This document shows, in pieces, positions 9,115 through 17,448 of a DNA stretch of 28,285 nucleotides; the first letter of the stretch is position 1, and each line of letters opens with the position of its first letter. Source of the stretch: Candidatus Aminicenantes bacterium (GTDB taxonomy: Bacteria > Acidobacteriota > Aminicenantia > Aminicenantales > Aminicenantaceae); NCBI GenBank assembly GCA_013139435.1, contig WTAW01000061.1, forward strand, positions 1 to 28,285, read 5' to 3'. Below the pieces are notes generated by a model, which was given only the letters and a program-made list of their open reading frames with translations, did not search any database and had not been told where the DNA came from. Made by a program: the position numbers and the translations under genes.

Positions 9115-9864
9115 TTACTTATTTTCTGGCATAAAAGCCTTTATCAAGTCAAGAGGGATGGGGAAAATAATCGTTGAATTTTTTTCGGTAGCCACCTCTG
9201 AAAGGGTTCCCAAAAATCTGAGTTGGAGAGCTTGAGGGTTTCCTGAGATAACATCCGCAGCCTTTCTGAGCTTGTCCGCAGCTTGAAATTCTCCCTCAGC
9301 ATGGATAACCTTGGCTCTTCTTTCTCGTTCTGCCTCTGCCTGTTTAGCGATGGCCCTGACCATATTGTCCGGTAGGTCGACGTGTTTCATTTCGACGAGT
9401 TGAACTTTGATCCCCCAAGGGTCGGTGTGTTTATCGATGATCTCTTGGAGATGCATGTTCAGTTGTTCTCTTCCTGAAAGAAGATCATCGAGCTCCACCT
9501 CACCTAAAACACTCCTGAGGGTTGTCTGGGCTAGCTGAGATGTGGCGAAAACAAAGTCTTGAACTTCCAGGACTGCATTTTGGGGCTCCATGACCCGGAA
9601 ATAGACCACGGCATTGACCTTGACCGATACGTTGTCCCTGGTGATGACATCCTGAGGCGGGATGTCCATGACCACGATCCGCAGACTGACTCTGACCATC
9701 CGGTCGATCGGGGGGAACACAAAGATCAGACCTGGCCCTTTAGGTTTGCTCAACACACGTCCAAGCCGGAAGATCACGCCTCTTTCATATTCTCTCAGGA
9801 TTTTGATCGAATTCAGGAGATAGAGCACGATAAGGGCGACGGCGATTACTGGAAAAGTTAACAT
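9115..9864 (-). CDS. SPFH/stomatin-like (slipin) family protein
   Basis: [62 protein letters not shown]; adjacent to nfeD. Confidence 0.93.
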   Translation of the reverse strand: MLTFPVIAVALIVLYLLNSIKILREYERGVIFRLGRVLSKPKGPGLIFVFPPIDRMVRVSLRIVVMDIPPQDVITRDNVSVKVNAVVYFRVMEPQNAVLEVQDFVFATSQLAQTTLRSVLGEVELDDLLSGREQLNMHLQEIIDKHTDPWGIKVQLVEMKHVDLPDNMVRAIAKQAEAERERRAKVIHAEGEFQAADKLRKAADVISGNPQALQLRFLGTLSEVATEKNSTIIFPIPLDLIKAFMPENK

Positions 9865-9878
9865 TTTTGCCTCCTCAT

Positions 9879-9915
9879 AGGGGATCTTAGGAATTTTTTT
9901 AACTCCTAATCCCCT
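9879..9915. other. Intergenic hairpin between nfeD and the SPFH RBS
   Basis: AGGGGAT-CT-TAGGA-like arm pairs with TCCTAATCCCCT (bulged stem); lies just upstream of the GAGGAGG RBS on the minus strand. Confidence 0.4.
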
Positions 9916-9987
9916 TAGTTATTTCAAATTTATTTGTTCTTGCTTGTGTTTATACCATAAGACTGGATAAAGAGCTATCAGAAATGT

Positions 9988-11265
9988 CTACACTTTAGTG
10001 ACGTTGATTTTTAAATTCTCGAGGACCTCACTGACCTTCACTTTTGCCCCCTGCGGGATGTCTTGCTGGGCTTCTGCGTTCCAGATCTCCCCATGGACAA
10101 AGACCTTGCCTTCTGGATTGAGGTCGGTCCGGGCCACTCCGATTTTACCGACGAGACCTTCTTTACCCGTGAGGGCTTTTCTCATATGGACGCGTACGGC
10201 CAGTATGATCAGAAAGAGAAAGATCAGAGAAAGACCGAGGGCAACAGGGATGATGAACATAAGACTCGGGCGTAATTCAGGGATGGGAGCGTCGATGAGC
10301 ATGATAGATCCTATGACCATTGCCAATACTCCTCCTACAGATAAGATGCCATAGCTTTGAATTTTAAGCTCTAGGATAAACAGGCCTATGGAAAGCAGGA
10401 TTAAGATCAAACCCACATAATTGATGGGCAGAATCTGGAATGAAAAGATGGCAACAAGAAGGCATAATCCCCCGAGCACACCGGGAAGAATCGCTCCAGG
10501 ATTCGAGAACTCAAAATATAGTCCCAATAATCCAAGCATGAGAAGGATGTACGCCAGGTTCGGGTTTGAAATGGTCAGGAGGAACTTTTGTCTGGCTGTC
10601 ATGGGCAAGTCGACGATCTCTTCGTCTTGGAGATCCAAAATTATCTCTTCCCCATCGAATTTTTGAATCGTCTTGTTGTGGAAAAAATCGATGATCTCCT
10701 GTTCGTCCTTCGCGATCAAGTCGATAAGGCCCCCCTCTAATGCTTCTTTTTCTGTGTAGGAGAGACTTTCCCGGACAGCATCTTCGGCCATCTTTGCGTT
10801 CCGGCCTCTTTTTTCCGATATAGATTTGATGTATGAAGCCGCATCATGTGTGACCTTATCGGCCATGGTCTCGTCCATCTGCTGTCCAGTGATCGAAATG
10901 CCCACAGGATGGGCTGCACCCGTGTTGGTCCCTGGGGCCATAACAAAGAGATCACAGGCAACGCCTATAAAGAATCCTGCAGATGCAGCGCGAGCACCAC
11001 TGGGACTCACAAAGGCCACAACTGGGGTTTTGGTGCTCAGGATCTTTTCGATGATCTCTCTCATCGATGTGTCCAGACCGCCCGGTGTGTTGAGTGAGAT
11101 AATGATGAGGCTGGCATTCTCCCTGTCCGCTTTTTCGAGGGATTTCAAGATGTATTCTGAGGTGATGGGATGAATGGGAGCATTGACTGTGATTTTGATG
11201 ATAGATCCGTAGCCCAGAGTCGTCAGACACAGAATGAGAAGGACGGGGAAGAAGTATCTTTTCAC
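9988..11265 (-). CDS. nfeD: NfeD family membrane-bound ClpP-class serine protease (long form)
   Basis: LNTPGGL, RAASAG (Ser), GAAHPV, TM region with FEFSNPG, C-terminal OB fold GKVFVHGEIWNA. Start revised to GTG 11265 because the track's TTG at 11298 lies in a -35 box. Confidence 0.9.
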   Translation of the reverse strand: MKRYFFPVLLILCLTTLGYGSIIKITVNAPIHPITSEYILKSLEKADRENASLIIISLNTPGGLDTSMREIIEKILSTKTPVVAFVSPSGARAASAGFFIGVACDLFVMAPGTNTGAAHPVGISITGQQMDETMADKVTHDAASYIKSISEKRGRNAKMAEDAVRESLSYTEKEALEGGLIDLIAKDEQEIIDFFHNKTIQKFDGEEIILDLQDEEIVDLPMTARQKFLLTISNPNLAYILLMLGLLGLYFEFSNPGAILPGVLGGLCLLVAIFSFQILPINYVGLILILLSIGLFILELKIQSYGILSVGGVLAMVIGSIMLIDAPIPELRPSLMFIIPVALGLSLIFLFLIILAVRVHMRKALTGKEGLVGKIGVARTDLNPEGKVFVHGEIWNAEAQQDIPQGAKVKVSEVLENLKINVTKV

Positions 11266-11274
11266 CTTGATTTC

Positions 11275-11303
11275 ATTATAAATAGGCGCTCTGGCCAAGT
11301 CAA
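11275..11303 (-). promoter_or_regulatory. Near-consensus sigma70 promoter for nfeD
   Basis: TTGACT (11303-11298), 17 nt, TATAAT (11280-11275). Confidence 0.75.
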
Positions 11304-11376
11304 TGCTTTATATTGGAAATGCTCACCGTTTTCGATTATATCTTGAATGCGAGTATGGCATGGATTAGAATAAAAA

Positions 11377-13512
11377 TTGGCGATGAAAAGAAATGCGTGT
11401 TTAGTTTTTTTTCTCATAGTCTCTTTCTATGTGTTCAACCTTCATGCTGTGGATTCTGCTCCGTCCCTGGGAAAGAAAATCCAAGAGGCCGAGGAACATG
11501 ATGTGACTGTAACCCTTAAGCTCATCCAGGTTTATGTCACTGATAAGAAGGGGAATCCAGTAATGGATTTGGAAAAGGACGATTTTGAGCTCTATGACAA
11601 AGGCAAGTTAAAGACGATCACAGACTTTGAAAAACATGTCCTGACTGTGCCTGTTTTCGAGGCAACTAAAGAAGAAAAAAAAGATGAAACTGTACCTCTG
11701 GCAGATACTACTAAGTTGAATCGAAAGTTTTTTCTATTTTTTGATTTTGCGTTTAATACGACTCGCGGAGTCTTGGACTCAAAAAAGGCGGCCTTACATT
11801 TTATTGATGAGTATCTCCAGCCCACAGATGAAGTGGGACTCCTCTCTTTTTCTGCGGGGGAAGGCCTAGTCCTTCACGAAATTCTCACAACAGATCACCA
11901 TAAAGTCCGGGAAGTGGTTGAAGGTTTTGGGATAAAGAAGATCTTAGGCCGAGCTGAAAATTTGGAGAGGCAATACTGGCGACAAGTCATGGAACTGGAT
12001 GAGTTGAGAAAACAAGGCGCTGATCCGTTTGAAATGGCGATAAAGGAGCAGGAGAAGGAAGTCCTGGAAACTGCAAGGATCGAATTTCAATTCCAAATCT
12101 CGTCCTTTATAAAAACTGTCAAAGATCTGGCAAAAGCTTTGCGCTATCTTCCAGGGTACAAGCACATTATTCTGTTCTCTTCGGGGATTCCAAGGGTGGT
12201 GTTTGAGGGGACTCTTGTGAATACAACGGAAGTAAGGCAAAGAGATCGGTTTGAAGCTGGGACGTGGGGGAATTGGAAATTGCGCACAGATTATGAAAAC
12301 ATGAATAAAGAACTCGCCACTTCTAGCTGTGCGGTGCATACAGTGTATTCAGCGGGGAATCTACCCGGCCTCAATGAGGATATCGAAACCGATTATGCTG
12401 TCAAAGATGGCGGTATGATCAATGGACAATTATCAGGGATCGCTCCTTTGCAGTGGATATCTGAAGCCTCAGGGGGAAAACATTTCGGAAATATAAAGAA
12501 TTATGATTCGATCATGAAAGAGATCCAAAGCTTTACTGGTTCTTATTATGTTTTAGGCTATTATATAGACGAAAAATGGGATGGCAAGTACCGCAAACTC
12601 AAAGTCAAAGTTAAACGTAAGGGTTGTGAAGTGTTTGCTCAAGAAGGATATTTTAACCCGAAACCATTCTCCAAATACTCCAAACTCGAAAAACAGTGGC
12701 ACTTTTTAGAATTAGCTCTGATCGAGAATCCCAGGTTTCAGACGCCTCTTTCTTTGCCTTCCAATGCTCTTTCTTGTGAAGTTGATGGATTTCCATGTTT
12801 TCTCATGCTCTCAATAATACCCGCAGGGAATTTCGATGAGATCTTTGGTGAGAAAGTCGAGATCGTCAATCTGATCTTTAATGATCAGAACGATGTCGTC
12901 AGTTTAAAAAGAGTGGAAGTGGATTTGTCCAAATACCAGAAGGGCGATGTATACAATTACAGCGTTTCATATCTTCCCCCGGGGAAATACAGAGGCCGTG
13001 CTGTCATAAGAAATCTGGATACAGGGAAGGCAGCAATCGCTTCATCCGAAGCTATCATTCCAAACGATTTGGAGGAAGGGATCCGGTTGTATCCACCCCT
13101 ATTGATTATCCCTAAAACAAATTCAATTTATATCAATACCAGAGGTATTAAGAAAGAAGTGGGAGAGAAGGAATATTCCGCATTGTCAAGCATCTATCCC
13201 TTTGATGCTTTGAAATATTCACCCCTTGTGGGAGAACTCGAGAGAGGCATCCCTGAGCTTCTTGTGCTCGCTCGTGGTTATGTTTTAGACATGCCAGAGG
13301 GTGTTGTCAAGTTTTATACTCGACTTGTTTATGAACCAACTTGGGAAGAAGTTCCTATCCGTATCACCGTTAGAAAAACTGGGGGAGTATTCACATTCAC
13401 TGTTCCCACGGGTGATCTGCTTCCTGGGAGATATTATTTGTATCTGTTTGCTGAAGAGCAGGACACACATGCAAGAGCAAATGTGAATACAACATTTATG
13501 GTCAAACAATAA
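11377..13512 (+). CDS. Secreted VWA-domain protein, acidobacterial type
   Basis: Signal peptide; VYVTDKKGNPVMDLEKDDFELYD; FFLFFD; AALHFID; KHIILFSSG; SGGKHF; SYYVLGYY...YRKLKVKV; C-terminal beta-rich domains. Start may be ATG 11383. Confidence 0.8.
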   Translation: MAMKRNACLVFFLIVSFYVFNLHAVDSAPSLGKKIQEAEEHDVTVTLKLIQVYVTDKKGNPVMDLEKDDFELYDKGKLKTITDFEKHVLTVPVFEATKEEKKDETVPLADTTKLNRKFFLFFDFAFNTTRGVLDSKKAALHFIDEYLQPTDEVGLLSFSAGEGLVLHEILTTDHHKVREVVEGFGIKKILGRAENLERQYWRQVMELDELRKQGADPFEMAIKEQEKEVLETARIEFQFQISSFIKTVKDLAKALRYLPGYKHIILFSSGIPRVVFEGTLVNTTEVRQRDRFEAGTWGNWKLRTDYENMNKELATSSCAVHTVYSAGNLPGLNEDIETDYAVKDGGMINGQLSGIAPLQWISEASGGKHFGNIKNYDSIMKEIQSFTGSYYVLGYYIDEKWDGKYRKLKVKVKRKGCEVFAQEGYFNPKPFSKYSKLEKQWHFLELALIENPRFQTPLSLPSNALSCEVDGFPCFLMLSIIPAGNFDEIFGEKVEIVNLIFNDQNDVVSLKRVEVDLSKYQKGDVYNYSVSYLPPGKYRGRAVIRNLDTGKAAIASSEAIIPNDLEEGIRLYPPLLIIPKTNSIYINTRGIKKEVGEKEYSALSSIYPFDALKYSPLVGELERGIPELLVLARGYVLDMPEGVVKFYTRLVYEPTWEEVPIRITVRKTGGVFTFTVPTGDLLPGRYYLYLFAEEQDTHARANVNTTFMVKQ

Positions 13513-13617
13513 GAATCCTATCGCCATATTAAAGTCATTTTCCTTTATTAAATATAACCAAGTATTCCAAGTTGTTTTCTAACAAAAAAACCTGTTATAT
13601 TTTCAAACTGAGAATTT

Positions 13618-14295
13618 TCAATCTTTCTTTCTGTTATGCTTAAGGAATTGTAGTCCTTTACTCGATATAAAATAGCAAATTTCTCCAAATTCACCACATT
13701 CAGTCTCTTCAATAAAACCTAAATGTTCAAGTTCATTAAGAATAATTTGCAGGTCTGACATTTCCTTTATAAATTTTTGAATGTACAAAGCCTCTATATT
13801 ACTTAATTTTTCAGTTTTATTTGAAATATTAGCTAGAATTTCTAGAATAAAGAGCACTTCTTCTTTTGGTTCCAAATTTTTTAGCGATATCTTTAAGTGA
13901 CTCAATACTTCATTTTCACTTCTTAATGTTTCATTAATTTTAATAATGCGATTTGTTTTATCCCTAAGCTCATCTAGAAGCTTTATGAATCTTTTGTTAT
14001 CAGCAAGGATTTCTTTAATATTTTTGTCAGATAGTTCATTTTTTAATTGGTCTGCTAATTTTTTGTTCTTTTCATTTAAGGAGTAGACTAGGATAAAGAG
14101 TATAAGAATCAAAGTTAACAAACCTATCTCAACTTGAAATAGGAAATCAGCTATTTTTTTTGTTGATTCCCAAAGATTTAGGTTAGATGTAACAGATTTT
14201 ATAATAGCACTTACTAAACATACTCCAATTACTCCAAAAAACCACTTAGACAAATTTATTATTTTGTTTTTTGTTTCTTTTTCCTGAGTTTCCAT
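13618..14295 (-). CDS. Hypothetical membrane protein (2 TM, coiled coil, possible winged-helix C-terminus)
   Basis: 225-aa ORF, very AT-rich, with AAGGGT RBS. Two hydrophobic segments, heptad-rich middle, C-terminal LNELEHLGFI...YFISSKG..FL. Confidence 0.7.
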   Translation of the reverse strand: METQEKETKNKIINLSKWFFGVIGVCLVSAIIKSVTSNLNLWESTKKIADFLFQVEIGLLTLILILFILVYSLNEKNKKLADQLKNELSDKNIKEILADNKRFIKLLDELRDKTNRIIKINETLRSENEVLSHLKISLKNLEPKEEVLFILEILANISNKTEKLSNIEALYIQKFIKEMSDLQIILNELEHLGFIEETECGEFGEICYFISSKGLQFLKHNRKKD

Positions 14296-14313
14296 AATTT
14301 ACCCTTTAATCAA

Positions 14314-14343
14314 CTTATATCACACAGCAAAAATGGAAGTCAA
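14314..14343 (-). promoter_or_regulatory. Possible promoter for the 225-aa orphan
   Basis: TTGACT (14343-14338), 18 nt, TATAAG (14319-14314), with a TG extension. Confidence 0.45.
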
Positions 14344-14365
14344 TCAGCTGCCACCACCTCTCTTC

Positions 14366-14400
14366 AGCCAGGACTTTTTAGCTCCTGGCTTTTTTATTTT
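14366..14400 (+). terminator. Rho-independent terminator-like hairpin
   Basis: AGCCAGGA, 9-nt loop, TCCTGGCT, followed by TTTTTATTTT. Confidence 0.6.
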
Positions 14401-14456
14401 CCAGGGGTAAGGACAGCTTTGGTGGAAATGGTCGGAAACCAATTATATTATCATAT

Positions 14457-15026
14457 ATGGAAGAGGTAAGGTTTCCCCTGGCAGTATGTTGGTTTCCACA
14501 GAAGACGCTAAAAAACTCTGTATTATATCCGTAGAAACAGAACATTGCTCAAACAGCAAACATCAAAGTACCAGAAAGTTTCAGGGAAAGACTGGAAATA
14601 TTAGGATTTGCTTGAGTGCAGGTGGTACTTGAAGAGAAGCTAGTTGATCTTGAAGTTGAAGAGGAGATGTGGAATGAGAATGTTGAAAAGATGATTGATG
14701 TGGTAGACAGCTTAAAAGACTTTGAAAAGAAATTTAAAAAAGCTAATGACAAAACTAGAAAGCTCATGATAAAGTTGATGACAAAGAAAATCATAGCTAA
14801 TTTTTACAAGGGAGACCTACCTAAAAAGGTTTTACCACAACATAACAGAATGCAATTGCATTTTGTTTGGTGTGATGAATTTCAAATACTTTTTGATGTT
14901 GGAATAGTGAAAAAAACTGAAGAATGGAACAATACCCAAAAGAAAAAATACACACTCACAAAACCAAAAAAGACTAAATTATCTAGCGAAAAAGCAGAGC
15001 TTGACTTTTTATTTTCAATAAGTTAA
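14457..15026 (+). pseudogene. Interrupted ORF, possibly a C-terminal remnant of a large serine recombinase
   Basis: One frame from ATG 14457 is broken by in-frame TAG (14532) and TGA (14613), then runs into the track's 136-aa ORF. The coiled-coil segment followed by FEKKFKKANDKTRKLMIKLMTKKII resembles recombinase C-termini by eye only. Confidence 0.35.
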
Positions 15027-15051
15027 ATATTATAGGGAAAAGGAGATTCGG

Positions 15052-15321
15052 ATGATCAAGAATGATATTGCCCTCGCCATCGAAGATAGATCTGAATTCA
15101 GCAGGGCTAAATCATTACTCATTGTTGAAACGATTCTGGCGTCTTTGAAAGATGCCCTAATCAACGATGAGAAGATAGAGATCAGAGGGTTTGCCAGCTT
15201 AAAAGTTGTGGATAAAAAGACTGGATATGGACGGGATATCCGGAGGAAAAAACAAATCAAAATAAAAAGGGGGAAACGGATCAAATTTAGACCCGGTCAA
15301 GATCTCAAAAACCTCACCTAA
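15052..15321 (+). CDS. HU/IHF family DNA-binding protein (divergent arm)
   Basis: MIK.DI, KIEIRGF, K.KTG.GR, I..GKRIKFRPG; AAGGAG RBS; GRNP replaced by GRDI. Confidence 0.88.
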   Translation: MIKNDIALAIEDRSEFSRAKSLLIVETILASLKDALINDEKIEIRGFASLKVVDKKTGYGRDIRRKKQIKIKRGKRIKFRPGQDLKNLT

Positions 15322-15416
15322 CTTGTGTAATCCTGGAACTCCAACACTCCATTCTTTAATATCTCTCGTCAATTTTTTTCAATATGTCTTTGACCTTTCC
15401 TTTTGGAGGGATGCCA

Positions 15417-16370
15417 ATGACTAAATACAAGATTAAACCCCTTGCCCCAGATAAAGTGAAAACCTATTCCCTCAAGTCGAGAAAGAGCAAGGTCGATACC
15501 CACACATTTGCCAAAGTTCTTTCCGGGGATGAAACGATTGCTACCTTCATTGATAGCTTTCCCGATATTTTAGCCGGAAAGGATTTTAAAAGCTTCATAA
15601 AGAGAGCAAAAAAAGCAAAAGAAGGGAATAAACCCATTATCTTTGCCCTGGGCGCACATGTGATAAAGGTGGGTCTGAATCCTCTGATCATCGATCTGAT
15701 GAAATCGGGGTGGATAAGCGCTCTGGCTCTCAACGGAGCTGGAATCATACATGACTTTGAAATCGCATTTGCAGGACATACCTCCGAGGATGTGGCCGCC
15801 CAGATCAAGGACGGGCAGTTTGGAATGGCCAGGGAGACAGGAGAGCACTTAAACAAAGCGATAGCTAAGGGATCGAAGAAAAATTTGGGATTGGGTGAGG
15901 CCGTCGGAGCGATGATCTCTTCCTCCGATTTTCCTCATAAAGACCTCAGCCTTTTGTCTTGTGCTTATGACCTCAACATTCCTGTGACCGTTCATGTCGC
16001 TCTAGGAACGGATATCATCCATTTTCACCCCGACGTCAACGGGGCCGCTATCGGTAAAATTTCCCTCAATGATTTTTTTCTGTTTTGTTCCCTTGTTGAA
16101 AGATTGAATGGGGGAGGGGTGTATGTGAATGTCGGGTCCGCAGTCGTTTTGCCCGAAGTCTTCCTCAAGGCCGTGTCTTTCGTCAGGAACAGGGGCAGTG
16201 TTCTTAAAAACTTTTCCACGGCTGTTTTTGATTTTAATCTCCATTACCGTCCCTACGAAAATGTTGTACGAAGACCTTTGATGAATAAGAAGGACGGATT
16301 TTACTTCATCGGACACCATGAGATTATGATCCCACTCCTTGCCGCTTCCTTAAAATCAACTTCCATATAG
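15417..16370 (+). CDS. Conserved hypothetical protein, GSU2086-like (deoxyhypusine synthase-like fold)
   Basis: LGAHVIKVGL, NGAGIIHDFEIA..G.TSEDV, HVALGTDIIH.HP, GSAVVLPEVFLKA. Start revised to ATG 15417 (GGAGG 7 nt upstream). Confidence 0.65.
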   Translation: MTKYKIKPLAPDKVKTYSLKSRKSKVDTHTFAKVLSGDETIATFIDSFPDILAGKDFKSFIKRAKKAKEGNKPIIFALGAHVIKVGLNPLIIDLMKSGWISALALNGAGIIHDFEIAFAGHTSEDVAAQIKDGQFGMARETGEHLNKAIAKGSKKNLGLGEAVGAMISSSDFPHKDLSLLSCAYDLNIPVTVHVALGTDIIHFHPDVNGAAIGKISLNDFFLFCSLVERLNGGGVYVNVGSAVVLPEVFLKAVSFVRNRGSVLKNFSTAVFDFNLHYRPYENVVRRPLMNKKDGFYFIGHHEIMIPLLAASLKSTSI

Positions 16371-16976
16371 GAGTTGATAATCCATCATAAGATTTCGGAA
16401 GACGATCTCTGTCTGCTCTATCGTGTTTTGGATTCTTCCAGAAGTGTCGATGCGGTAATCGGCGAACTGGGCCTTTTTCTCTGGGTCCATCTGACTTTGG
16501 AATTTTTTTAGTGCGTCTTTGTGACTGATTTGATCGCGCTCCATCAAACGCGTTATTTGTATCTCTTTTTTGCAAAACGCGATGATGATCCTATCAAAAA
16601 AATCGGCAAAACCCGCCTCGATCGTCAGGGCCGCTTCGGATACAAATATCTTATAATCGCCCTCTTTCCTAAGTGTATAGATGATTTCCTTTTTCTTTTC
16701 GAATACGAGGGGATGAATGATGTTATTGAGGAATAGCCGTTCTTTGTCATCAGAAAATACGAGCTCCCCCAATTTCGAACGGTTGATCGTCCTGTCGGGA
16801 TTGAGGATTTCTTGTCCAAAATGGGCAACGACCGCTTCCCATGCAGGGTTCTCGGGATCCATGAACTCGCGAGCGACGAGATCAGCATGGTGAATGTAAC
16901 ACCCTAGCTCTTCAAGGACTTCTGCAATTACACTCTTACCCGAAGCAATTCCCCCTGTTAGAGCGACAGTGAGCAT
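16356..16976 (-). CDS. coaE: Dephospho-CoA kinase
   Basis: VALTGGIASGKS P-loop, AD..AR, INRSKLGELVF, IIHP, RLMERD, QMD, IDTSG. Confidence 0.95.
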   Translation of the reverse strand: MLTVALTGGIASGKSVIAEVLEELGCYIHHADLVAREFMDPENPAWEAVVAHFGQEILNPDRTINRSKLGELVFSDDKERLFLNNIIHPLVFEKKKEIIYTLRKEGDYKIFVSEAALTIEAGFADFFDRIIIAFCKKEIQITRLMERDQISHKDALKKFQSQMDPEKKAQFADYRIDTSGRIQNTIEQTEIVFRNLMMDYQLLYGS

Positions 16977-17024
16977 ATCGAAGGCGTGTCTCGGGCAGGA
17001 TGCGGGATTACCGTTATGATCGAC

Positions 17025-17426
17025 CTATTTCTTTTCGTCCTCAAACTGGAAGTCTTCATCAAAACTGAGGGCGATACCCTGCTTTTTCCCCTCCTTGTCG
17101 AGCTTTTGGAGCCGGACTGTGAGCCCACCAAGACGGAGCTTGGTTTTTTCCCCTCCTGTGACTTTGCTGGGAATTTCAACCACAAGATTAAGCTTGGAGC
17201 CAACGGTAATACCAGATTCCAGAGAAAAGTAGGCCCCCCCGGAGCTTATGTTTTCGAGTATTGTCTCTTCCTTAAATTTTGATCCTTGTGGGAGAGTCCC
17301 CTCAACGATGGCTGACAGAGGAAGTTCAAAACGCCATTCTTGGCGTCGGTCGGCATTTCGGTCTATACGAGGAAGGATGGTTTTTGATTTTTTTTCATCG
17401 TTTGATTTTTTTGATTCTTTTTTCAT
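17025..17426 (-). CDS. Single-domain PilZ protein with intact c-di-GMP motifs (PilZ-1)
   Basis: RQEWR (RxxxR) and NISSGG (D/NxSxxG). Start revised to ATG 17426 (GAGGA RBS), which removes the overlap with the LuxR gene. Confidence 0.85.
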   Translation of the reverse strand: MKKESKKSNDEKKSKTILPRIDRNADRRQEWRFELPLSAIVEGTLPQGSKFKEETILENISSGGAYFSLESGITVGSKLNLVVEIPSKVTGGEKTKLRLGGLTVRLQKLDKEGKKQGIALSFDEDFQFEDEKK

Positions 17427-17448
17427 TGTTCCTCTACTCCCCAATGGT

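Noticed and set aside
14532-14615. Stop-codon reassignment or Sec/Pyl readthrough in the interrupted ORF
   Set aside because: TAG and TGA both end normal genes in this window, RF2 is intact, and no SECIS-like signal was seen; decay is the simpler explanation.
13507-15022. CAATAAG direct repeat (13507-13513 and 15016-15022) as att sites of the AT-rich patch
   Set aside because: Only 7 bp in AT-rich sequence, which is easily chance.
15322-15360. ACTCCAACACTCCA short repeat after the HU gene
   Set aside because: Only two partial units; not an array.
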